From NCBI GenBank assembly GCA_950097015.1, contig CATNEN010000029.1, positions 6,882,001 to 6,946,000 of the forward strand: a stretch of DNA of 64,000 nt, given 5' to 3'. This document shows positions 12,004 through 24,600 of the stretch, piece by piece (the first letter of the stretch is position 1; each line of letters starts with the position of its first letter). The translations under genes were made by a program, and so were the position numbers. Source of the DNA: Macrostomum hystrix. Lineage: Eukaryota > Animalia > Platyhelminthes. The notes beneath the pieces are model-generated. The model saw only the letters and a program-made list of their open reading frames with translations, was not told the origin of the DNA and did not search any database.

Positions 12004-12484
12004 CATTTTCGAATTTAAAGAATTTCAGATTTTCCTTTATTCTCACGGGAAATACAGATCAGGAACTTTTTTACTTTTACTCCTTTTTGGGAAGTACGCT
12101 CGTAAAACGCGATTTTTTTAGGGATTTAAAAAAAACATAATTTTTTAAATCTTTTAAGACAAAAATACTTTTTTTCCACCTGAACAGCACAGACGCTAAA
12201 TTTCAACGAGTGATAAAGTGGACTGAACGCAGAGTAATATTCGAAATTGAATGTCGATATTCAGCAACATAATTGTTTACATAAATGTGCTATAAAATTA
12301 CTGACATTTGTATCGGAGTTGATCAGCATTTTTATCAGATAACATTCATTCTATTTATCTATCTGAATTTCTACCCGAAACAAAATAACTAAATTAGCTC
12401 GTATTGATTGGCAAGACACACTGTTACGCAAAGGTTAGCGCATCACATTTTACTAATAATATATATATTGAGTCATTTTTTCAT

Positions 12485-12648
12485 TCATGAACTGGTCGGA
12501 TTTGGAGCAGAAGCCGCCGCCGCAGAAGCAGCAGCAGCAGCAGCAGCAGCAGCGGCAGCTTCGGCCTTCTTAGCCTGATCGGCAAGCTGCTTCCAATAGG
12601 CGTAATTGTTGTTCATATTCTCCAACAATTGTGGCACGTCGCAAAAGG
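12485..12648 (-). CDS. PDE8: PDE8 last coding exon ([20 protein letters not shown] + poly-Ala tail)
   Basis: CCGCAG acceptor. Corresponds to AF.DLP.L.....NN..YWK. TGA stop. Confidence 0.9.
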
Positions 12649-15600
12649 CTGCGGAAAATTTTTGTTTCAAAGTTTCAGCGCCCTGTCTTTTGTGCTAAGA
12701 TTATGTCCTTCTACACAGTCTGAAGGTCTACCCTTTACAAATTGTGTCACTCTTCACTCTACAGATTGTGTCACTCTTCACTCTACAGATTGTGTCACCC
12801 TTCACTCTACAGATTGTGTCACCCTTCACTCTACAGATTGTGTCACTCTTCACTCTACAGATTGTGTCACTCTTAACCCTACAGATTGTGTCACCCTTAA
12901 CTCTACAGATTGTGTCACTCTTCACTCAACAGATTGTGTCACTCTTCACTCTACAGATTGTGTCACTCTTCACTCTACAGATTGTGTCACTCTTCACTCT
13001 ACAGATTGTGTCACTCTTCACTCTACAGATTGTGTCACTCTTCACTCAACAGATTGTGTCACTCTTCACTCTACAGATTGTGTCACTCTTAACCCTACAG
13101 ATTGTGTCACCCTTCACTCTACAGATTGTGTCACTCTTCACTCAACAGATTGTGTCACTCTTCACTCTACAGATTGTGTCACTCTTCACTCAACAGATTG
13201 TGTCACTCTTCACTCAACAGATTGTGTCACTCTTCACTCTACAGATTGTGTCACTCTTAACCCTACAGATTGTGTCACCCTTCACTCTACAGATTGTATC
13301 ACTCTTCACTCTACAGATTGTGTCACTCTTCACTCTACAGACTGTCACTCTTAACCCTACAGATTGTGTCACCCTTCACTCTACAGATTGTGTCACCCTT
13401 CACTCTACAGATTGTGTCACTCTTCACTCTACAGGTTGTGTCACTCTTCACTCTACAGATTGTGTCACCCTTAACTCTACAGATTGTGTCACTCTTCACT
13501 CTACAGACTGCACTCTTAACCCTACAGATTGTGTCACCCTTCACTCTACAGATTGTGTCACTCTTCACTCTACAGATTGTGTCACCCTTCACTCTACAGA
13601 TTGTGTCACCCTTCACTCTACAGATTGTGTCACTCCAAGCCTCCCAAGCTCACCGTGCCAAGCGGAAAACATTTCTCGCAGAAAGAAGTCGATGAAGCTT
13701 GTTTGCGACTGAGGCAGGTTGCAGGTTGACCTGTCGAACACCGGCATGACGATTGGTAAGCCCCGCTGCTTCTCCTCGTCAGTCTGACATTGTGGAACGA
13801 ATTTGAGATTAGAATAGGCGATTGGATCGGGGATTTGGGCTGACGTTTTTGTTGTGTCATTAAAAAATTATTTATTATTCTGTGCTAATTTACAAGCTGT
13901 GCTACTTTAAGTATCAATGAAAGAAAATGGCAAGTTGAAAGTGAAGGGTGTTCCTGCTGAGGTCCCACCTGTTGAAAGTACTCCTCGGAGATGCGCCTGG
14001 ACCATTCGCGGCAGAGTTTGAGAGGCCGGCACTGATTGCTGATGTCCGAGCACTTGATCAGCACCCGCTTGATGAGGGTCCGATTCTCCGGCTTTGTAAG
14101 CATCTCCAGCGATTCCTCCGGCGTGATCTGCTCGGCGCCCTCCTCGCCCTCCTTGGCGATGAGCGGGGCCACAATCTGGTTGGTGAACTTGCCGACGTGC
14201 TCAAAGTGGCGGGCCATCTCGGTGGCTAGAACAATGTCCACCATGCCATGCCGAAGGGTTTTGTAGTCTTCGCGGCTCATGCCTTTAAATATGTTGATGC
14301 GATCGTCCTGTGTGGTCAGCTGGAAGCATAGCGACACGTGATGACTCTCCAGGACCGACCTGATTAGGCGGGGTCGGGTTAAAGTTTTGATTCGCTGATT
14401 CTGTCACTCTATAATTATGGCTGACTCTGTCACTCTGTAATTATGGCTGACTCTGTCACTCTATATTTATAGCTGATTCTGTCACTCTATTATTATCGCT
14501 GATTCTGTCACTCTATAATTATGGCTGATTTTGTCACCCTATAATTATGGCTGACTCTGTCACTCTATATTTATGGCTGATTCTGTCACTCTATTATTAT
14601 CGCTGATTCTTTCACTCTATTATTATCGCTGATTCTGTCACTCTATATTTATAGCTGATTCTGTCACTCTATTATTATCGCTGATTCTGTCACTCTATAT
14701 TTATAGCTGATTCTGTCACTCTATTATTATCGCTGATTCTGTCACTCTATATTTATAGCTGATTCTGTCACTCTATTATTATCGCTGATTCTGTCACTCT
14801 ATAATTATGGCTGACTCTGTCACTCTATATTTATGGCTGATTCTGTCACTCTATATTTATGGCTAACTCTGTCACTCTATATTTATAGCTGATTCTGTCA
14901 CTCTATTATTATCGCTGATTCTGTCACTCTATAATTATGGCTGACTCTGTCACTCTATATTTATAGCTGATTCTGTCACTCTATTATTATCGCTGATTCT
15001 GTCACTCTATAATTATGGCTGACTCTGTCACTCTATATTTATAGCTGATTCTGTCACTCTATTATTATCGCTGATTCTGTCACTCTATAATTATGGCTGA
15101 TTCTGTCACTCTATATTTATGGCTGATTCTGTCACTCTATATTTATAGCTGATTCTGTCACTCTATTATTATCGCTGATTCTGTCACTCTATAATTATGG
15201 CTGACTCTGTCACTCTATATTTATGGCTGATTCTGTCACTCTATTATTATCGCTGATTATGTCACTCTATAATTATGGCTGACTCTGTCACTCTATATTT
15301 ATGGCTGATTCTGTCACTCTATATTTATGGCTGATTCTGTCACTCTATATTTATAGCTGATTCTGTCACTCTATTATTATCGCTGATTCTGTCACTCTAT
15401 AATTATGGCTGATTCTGTCACTCTATATTTATAGCTGATTCTGTCACTCTATTATTATCGCTGATTCTGTCACTCTATAATTATGGCTGATTCTGTCACT
15501 CTATATTTATGGCTGATTCTGTCACTCTATATTTATAGCTGATTCTGTCACTCTATTATTATCGCTGATTCTGTCACTCTATAATTATGGCTGATTATGT

Positions 15601-18600
15601 CACTCTATAATTATGGCTGATTCTGTCACTCTATTATTATAGCTGATTCTGTCACTCTATTATTATCGCTGATTCTGTCACTCTATAATTATGGCTGATT
15701 ATGTCACTCTATAATTATGGCTGACTCTGTCACTCTATATTTATGGCTGATTCTGTCACTCTATTATTATCGCTGATTCTTTCACTCTATTATTATCGCT
15801 GATTCTGTCACTCTATATTTATGGCTGATTCTGTCACTCTATATTTATAGCTGATTCTGTCACTCTATTATTATCGCTGATTCTGTCACTCTATAATTAT
15901 GGCTGATTATGTCACTCTATAATTATGGCTGACTCTGTCACTCTATATTTATGGCTGATTCTGTCACTCTATTATTATCGCTGATTCTTTCACTCCAACT
16001 ATCGCTGATTCTTTCACTCCAATTATCACTTATTCTGTCACTCCAACTATCACTGATTCTGTCACTCCAACTATCGCTGATTCTGTCACTCCAACTATCA
16101 CAAATTCTTTCACTCCAACTATCACACATTCTGTCACTCCAACTATCACACATTCTGTCACTCCAACTATCGCTGATTCTGTCACTCCAACTATCGCTGA
16201 TTCTGTCACTCCAACAGTCTCTCCGGCTGTGCAATACGCCCAGGCCTCACATGTCGTTATATAGCAGAGCAAGCCGGTGCTGGCTGTTGATGAGGAAGGG
16301 GTTGGTGCGGCCCGGGTGGTCCAGGTCGTGCACCAGAGCGCCTAGCAACGATGCCACCTCGTCCATCTCGTCGAAGACGGATTTGATTCTTTCGCGTTCA
16401 AGAAAATAAGCCGAGCTCTGCATGACATCCGCGCCGTGTGTGGCGTTATGATAGCAGTTGTCCGAGTGATAGTGATCCTGCATTACCTGAAGTAACAGGT
16501 GGCGTGCATTGTTATTAACTTAAAAATATTAGCAAAGAGAGTTCATTTTGTATGTTGGATAAAACAAAAAAAATATCTATTCTATTTCTAAGTAAGCAGA
16601 TGATAACTGATTGTTTCTTAGAAAAACCAATATACATTTTTTCTTAGAAAACATATGTACATTATAGACTTCTTATAGAATGCGGATAGCAATTACGCAT
16701 TTTTTAAAACAGGCATAGTTTAAATGACACATTTTCTTAGAAAGTCTACCTCTTTTAGTTTCTAAGTAAGCCTATGAGAATTTCGGATTTCTTTGAAACT
16801 CGACGCCAATTATTGGCTTCTAAAGAAAGCTTATCTATTGAATAATTACCGTAATACAAGGTAGGAAAAAAGTTGTGCAGTAATAATAGAAAAGATATGT
16901 CGGGGTAATTAAAAAAAGACCAATGCTACTAGTAGTTTACTGGTCACCAGGGTCTTCGACAAGAACCGCTGAATATCTATCTCTACGATGCTGATTTTGA
17001 AAGTTTGTTAATCGTTAAGGCCGTCCATTCCATTGTGATCCATATGGTGGAATTTCACGAAAAATCGGTCATTCTGTTTGCGAGCTGTCGTGTAGCAGGC
17101 AGTGGGTATTTGAAATACCCCCGTGGTATATCCCCAGGGGAAAATAGCGTGATCATTTTACTGTTGAAGGTAAATGTTATTTTGAAATTTCTAATAAACT
17201 TGTTACGAGTATAAGCATTTGCTTCTTTCAAATACCGAAGACAATATTCTTAAATTGATTTCTTGGAAAATCACGCGGAAAAACGATCAATATAAGTATA
17301 TTTCTAAGAAATGAAATTATATTTTACCTGCAACCAGTTGAGCATTGTGTCCTCGCTGCACTGCAAAAACTGGCACACATTGAAGCGTTGCAGAATTCGC
17401 ATGCCCAAGTACACGAGGGTTCGGCGAGAAGTGACGCGCTCCAGTTCAAGGATGTCGTAGTTCCACTCGTCGTCTCCCTCCAGATAGGTGACAAACTGTT
17501 CGGGCAGCTCGCTCAGCGACTGCATGTTGACGGCCGAGTTCTCTGCTCAGCGGAGGGCGAGATCAGAAATCAGGTGACAATCGATGGGGATTTATTAGTT
17601 TCAGGTGTGACTGGGGTTCAGAGTGAGGTGTGACTGGGGATCAGAGTAAGGTGTGACTGGGGATTAGAGTGAGCTGTGACTGGGGATCAGAGTGAAGTGT
17701 GACTGGGAATCAGAGTGAGTTGTGACTGGGGATCAGAGTGAGGTGTGACTGGGGTTCAGAGTGAGGTGTGACTAGGGATCAGAGTGAAGTGTGACTGGGG
17801 ATCAGAGTGAAGTGTGACTGGGAATCAGAGTGGGGTGTGACTGCCATTCTATTTGCTATTCACTTTTCATGTATGAGAAACTAAAATTACAAGAAAATAT
17901 ATATTTAATTAACGTACAACAGGAGGTAACGCTTTTCAAAGTGCTAGAATTTTATATAAGTAATTGTGCTATTTAGTTACTAACGTTAGTTGTGACTGAT
18001 AATTAAAATCAAAACATTAACTCAGCAGATGATAGTTTCTTACCTAGAACTCGGCTAATCTGCTCCGCCATAATCTCAGACGGCCGGTGATAGCCTGCGG
18101 TGCGGGTTCGAATGTTCAGGTAAAATATCAAAGTAGATTTTGGTGACTTTGGCCAGCAGTCGGATCTGAATTCTGAATATTGTTATAGAAACGGCAAACT
18201 TACGTCTTCCGTGCAGTGAGAGTCGCTTCTTCTCGTTTGGTTTCGAACCTCCCTATATAAAGGAGGTAAAATTAGAATAAAACTTTCAGTACTACTAACC
18301 GAGCTGCACAGTAGTATGATGCGAAAATTGTTATTTCCTAAAAGTACGTGAATCCCGTATCCAAGGTCACTAAGCGATTTCGCACCGTCATGAGGCCGCC
18401 GACATAGTCGGAGGTCATCCGATCGCCGCCCGATGGCAGTTCGCCGGCCGCCGGGCCGCCCGCCGCCTGCCTCAGCAGCTCCGTGGCTCGGTCCAGAGCG
18501 GCAGCCGCTGCCGGGGTCTGGCCGCAGCTGTCACGCGCCTGGCTAATTAGGCCAATCACCTGAAGGGACAGGTGTAAAGCTGATGAAATTAAGAATCTGT

Positions 18601-21600
18601 TTAAAAACTTTTTCGATTTGTTTTACTAGTCGAATTAATTCGCACACACAAATCTACACGAATGTACGCTAGGGATGGTACCCTAGTCGAACACATCGTC
18701 AGGCAGTTTACACTATCACTGCGTCATTAAGAGTAGAAAGGCGACGTTTTTTTCCGATAGGGTTAAACCACGGGGGTATTTCAAATACATACTGCCTACT
18801 TCACGATAGCTCCATATTTCATCTTATAATGTTTGCGGTAGGGCTGCAGGCAATGGCACATCATTTGGTGCCCATTCTGCCCATTTCGCTGACTCCCGAG
18901 CACACATGCACACAGCTCACACAGGTGTGTACATCTGCCCGGACTTTCTCATCGTCAGGCAGTGTACACTTTCACTTGTGCCTTGGAGGTTGGCCCTCAA
19001 GGGCGCGACAAGCCACCAAGCCTTCTCCCCGACGCTGCACAGCAGAGCCTTATCTGCGCCCCAGGTGAATCAAGGTCAGAAAATGTTAATCAAGATAAGC
19101 CTATAGCTACTAGCAGAATTATAGTTCACCTTATGCAGCGGAACGTCCATGGTTACTGAGTTAACGCGATGAGCGGTTGTCGACATGCTGCCGGCATCGC
19201 TGCCGCCGCCACCGCCGACTCCGCCGCCTCCGCCGCCCTTCAGAGCGTTCAGCAGGGATGCTAAAATTCGAATTCCCATCGGATTATTTTAGAATTTAAT
19301 TAATTTCTCGCTTGAAAAACTTTTCAACACACGATAGTAGACCGAAATCTAGTCGGCTACAAGTATATATAGGTTTCATATGGGAAGCCACAAAATAAAG
19401 TTAGATTAGTTCCAATGCTGTGCTTTCTGCGCAAAAGCAGATAGTTTACTGGATAACAATAATATTATTGTTTTGCCTTTATATAACTACACAAATAACT
19501 GCCTGTATTGAACTCTGGAGCTTCTTGGTCTATCTAAATATCAATTTGTCGGAGACAAAACGCTTAACACGAAGCATAGAAAATCATAAATATCTAGCAG
19601 GTCATTATTCATTGCACGCTGTTTGTTAGAAGCAGAAAGACTGACAGAAAATGCGATTGCTTCAATATGGAAAGTCAAGGCCAACAATAAACTCTAGGCA
19701 GAAAGACTGACAGAAAATGCGATTGCTTCAATATGGAAAGTCAAGGCCAACAATCAACTCTAGGCAGAAAGACTGACAGAAAATGCGATTGCTTCAATAT
19801 GGAAAGTCAAGGCCAACAATAAACTCTAGGCAGAAAGACTGACAGAAAATGCGATTGCTTCAATATGGAAAGTCAAGGCCAACAATAAACTCTAGGCAGA
19901 AAGACTGACAGAAAATGCGATTGCTTCAATATGGAAAGTCAAGGCCAACAATAAACTCTAGTTAATTTTGTAGCACTATGATTTCCTCGCTGGCTTGTTC
20001 GCATCATTGCTAATAAAGATGAAGCAATGCTTCACAACCAGTCTGTGAGACTGTGCCTGCCTTCTGGGTAAGTGCAAATATATTTTTTCGAAATAGCATG
20101 AAATCGTTTAATATATTCTCTTTGTCTTAACAACCAATTTAATTGTTTCTATGCAAACACGCTCTAAAAAATTCACACAGAAACGCTTTGCCAATCAAAA
20201 CCAAGCTTCTAAAGTACAATGACACCTCGAAAAATCCACAAGGTATCTTTAAAGTACATCACGCTCTCGAAAAATCCACAGCAGAGCCATTAAAGTACAG
20301 TTTTCTCCTCGAAAAATCCACAGCAGAGCCATTAAAGTACAGTTTTCTCCTCGACAAATCCACAGCAGAGCCATTAAAGTACAGTTTTCTCCTCGACAAA
20401 TCCACAGCAGAGCCATTAAAGTACAGTTTTCTCCTCGACAAATCCACAGCAGAGCCATTAAAGTACAGTTTTCTCCTCGACAAATCCACAGCAGAGTCAT
20501 TAAAGTACAGTTTTCTCCTCGACAAATCCACAGCAGAGCCATTAAAGTACAGTTTTCTCCTCGACAAATCCACAGCAGAGCCATTAAAGTACAGTTTTCT
20601 CCTCGACAAATCCACAGCAGAGTCATTAAAGTACAGTTTTCTCCTCGACAAATCCACAGCAGAGCCAGAACGTACATCATGCTCTCGACATGCCCAAACC
20701 AGAGCCACTAAAGTAAACTTTTTCTTAACTAATCACAATCTCATCCTGCAATGTACACATATTTTTTAACTTATAAGCATTCGATTTTTGTACAAGTTCT
20801 TAGCCAATCAAAAGCCGAGCTCTATATGTACAATGTTCTCTAATCCAATGATTGATCAAACTAGATCCTAACTTTCCCCGAATTAACACTGAATCAGGTT
20901 GTACAACATTTCGTTAACAACAACACAGACCGGTTCAGGGAAACACACGAAGATAAGATGTTCCAAAATCTTCTCCCTTCTCTAACATCCACCCCACTCC
21001 CTGGCTCAGAGCATTACCGTCCAGCGGCATGGAGGTTGCGCTGTGAATCTGGCCAGCGCAGGCCAGCCGCAGGCCGCTCAACATTTCAGAGCGGCTCCGC
21101 TTCATTAGCCAATCAGAAGAAGCCGGCGCGGCTAATGTTGACTCGGCTGATGCGGTAGATTACATTTTTGCAGTGGAAGGTAGTGTAGATAATAACAATA
21201 AAGTAATAATAATCGTAATCGACCCGCAGCCAGCGAAGAGGCAATTCTGCCCCATTCCGCTGACCCCAGAGCACACACCGCCAGGTCTGCCCTGACCTTC
21301 TCATTGTCAGGCAGCTTACACTCTCACCTATATGATATATGATACTCTTGACTGCTAAATCTTTAAGAGTATCCTAACTCCTACCTCCAAAAGAGAAGAG
21401 CGTTTCTGTGCTATAGAATCAAAATTAAACTTTAACAGCGTCGGGTGGCGACTGATTGGTTGACAGACTGAGTGATGGTGTACTGTGGTTGAGCTGCGCC
21501 TAATATTTTGGCTTGATCATTGATAAGTTCGCGTCAGGGTGTCCATAGTGGCCTAGTTCCACCTGTTGTAGCCCTTGAATGTCCAGCAGCAGATGCGGTC

Positions 21601-24600
21601 TAGATAAAGGTAGGTGACCACCGAAGACGGAGATGATGCAGGCACATTCGGGTGACATGCTGATGAATTTTGAAGGCCGCACTAATTCGTACTAATTCGT
21701 GTATATGCGTGTATGAATTACACGATAGCGCTTTTGGGAAAAATCCGACCTTCGGCCAGAAACATTGTATATCTCGACGGTCTGAAGAGCTGGCGACTTG
21801 ATTATTGTTTCAGAAGATGCGCAACAAAAAGTTGGCCCGTGTTCTTGAGTTTCGTGTGCTTGCTTTGCTACGTTCGGGTGCAGCACAAAAAGATTGTCAG
21901 GGGAAAGGGAAACCCCCCCTTGGTAGTTCTACTGCTAAGGTAAGAGTGTAAAGTTGTTTTCGCACAGCGACTTAAACTCTGACGATGAAATTGTGGATCA
22001 TCGCTGACTGCGAACTGTCAAAGAGGTAGCAAGTTTTACGAAGGCAATCATTTGAGCAACTTGCATTCTTAACTTTGTTGTCATAAGTGCGCACCGGCAC
22101 AAGCGCGCCTGTGTATTTTATGTCAAAGTCTGGCACAGGCGCGCAGAGGCATAAGCGCGCACGTTTTGACTTGCACAAGAGCGCGGTAGAAAGTGCTCAG
22201 CATTGGCATAAGGGCGCACCATCACAAGACCGCACTGGCATAAGCGCGCTGTCATAGTTTGGCACAAGCGCGCACTTCTGGCTCTGTGTTGCAAAAGCGC
22301 GCAGTCAAAGTCTGGCACAAGCGCGCAATGCAATAAATAAAAGCAGTCAAGTTGCTCCATCGTCTGTCACAAAGTAGTCGATTGTATTTGTACGAAGGAA
22401 ATCGAATTAAAAGTGTCGCCTCGTAGAGCAATTGTTGTCTTTCTATATTCAAAAGGACGAACGCTGTCGGCCAGAACGTGTCATTCTCAACCAAGCCGAT
22501 TGTAAGCAACTGATAGAAGAAATTAGGCACGGTTCCGAATGTGCCATCCATGTGCCAGCATGTAGCCTGACTCAGACGACTCAGCATGTCAGGGTGAGCA
22601 AAGATGAGTCCATGGCCATCATCAGCAGATGATTCACGACCCTGAAGAATGATGACACTGTTGACGCACCTGAAGCGGTCTGGAGCATCGCATTTTGGAA
22701 GGGGTGGCAGCAGGCGTCTTCTTTGTCGATACATCGACGACTCCACTTCAGCAAATCCGATCCGATTGCCGACGGAGCTGGCCTGTGTCTCTCGGTCGAA
22801 CAGATCACGAAGGGATGAACTGCTCTCACCGGCCTTCCGCTTCAGATTGGCTCGTAGCCGAAGTATTTCCTTCTCCTTTGAATCACCGTCGTGGTTGTGC
22901 GCGATGAGTCTCAGCACACCATCCTTCTCGACGGCGCGTCCCGGACAGTTCTTGTTAGTGCAGCGACAGCTGACTGTCCCATTTCTAACTATATCTTTCC
23001 GATAAATGTAGACGGCGTGCGTATAGACTACTGAGCCGATTCTTTTCCCTTCGATTGGCTCCATCGCGTTTCAAACACTCCAACTGCGACTGAGACTGAG
23101 ATTGTCTTATTTATGTAAGTCGCAGTATCTATCGACAGTGTACATGCTTACAATTGTGCCAACTGTGCCTAGAGTACCTCTGTTTACACCCTAACCCACC
23201 ACCCCTTGTGCACTACAGCTTTGATTAAAAATTTTCTACACTATTAAGTCAGTCGCCAAATGAAGTGTGCGCTTGTGCCTTAGCGAGTAAATAATGTGCT
23301 CTTGCGCATAAGTCAGACAGCGCGCTTATGCCACAGCGTGTCAAAAGTGCGCGCCTCTGCCAGTGCGCTCTTGTGCCAGTGTGCGCCTCTGCCAGTGTGC
23401 GCTTGTGCCAGTGTGCGCCTCTGCCAGTGCGCGCCTCTGCCAGTGTGCGCTTGTGCCAGTGTGCGCCTCTGCCAGTGTGCGCCTCTGCCAGTGTGCGCCT
23501 CTGCCAGTGCGCGCCTCTGCCAGTGTGCGCTTGTGCCAGTGTGCGCCTCTGCCAGTGCGCGCCTCTGCCAGTGCGCGCCTCTGCCAGTGTGCGCTTGTGC
23601 CAGTGTGCGCCTCTGCCAGTGTGCGCCTCTGCCAGTGCGCGCTTGTGCCGGTGTGCGCCTCTGCTAGTGCGCGCTTGTGCCAGTGTGCGCCTCTGCTAGT
23701 GCGCGCTTGTGCCAGTGTGCGTGCCAGTGTGCGCCTCTGCTAGTGCGCGCTTGTGCCAGTGTGCGCCTCTGCTAGTGCGCGCTTGTGCCAGTGTGCGCCT
23801 CTGCTAGTGCGCGCTTGTGCCAGTGTGCGCCTCTGCTAGTGCGCGCTTGTGCCAGTGTGCGCCTCTGCTAGTGTCGCTGCGTACTTATGAAGCGTACCCG
23901 TTTTAAGAGTCCGATATAGCACACAATTTTTCACTCTCCTTAGATTATTACGCAACACTGTGTTGGCCCTCAAGAGCGTAAATTCCACAACAAAATGCGT
24001 CATTTGTTGAGCCAAAATTGATTGTGGCCTAATCGTAGATTCAAGCTCAGCCAACCATTCACACAATCAGCGAGTGTAGATAAATTAGCATTCAAGTACA
24101 CGTTAAGCAAATCAGCAAATGTTGAAAACTGTATTACAAATCATCTATTAATTATCGATAATACAAACTGTTGATTACACGTGTCCTAATTGGGCCAGAT
24201 GTGCAACCGACAGCACTGCCGCAGCTATTGGTTTTCAACTTCTATTTCAAACTAAGTAACTTCTATTTCGCCCGGCGGCTCTCCGTCTGGCGTCAGTAAC
24301 TTCAATTTCGCCCGCGGGGAGGGGGAGAGCCGCCGGGCGAAAAAACCAATATTGCACGGTACATCTGAAGGCTGGTACAGCTGTTCAGTCCATGGACTGG
24401 GGGGACGCCACGCCCACCCTCAATTAACCCAGCTAATGCTGGTAACCCAGCTACAGCTGGGTGAACTGAAGCAATGCAGAGTTAACAGTAGAAAAACCAC
24501 GCTTTTCCCCTGGGGAAAGTACCCACATTTTAAAGTAGTCCACATTTTAAATAATTAATTTTCTGCCCTTTACGACCTCTTTTTTCGACCAGACACCCTG

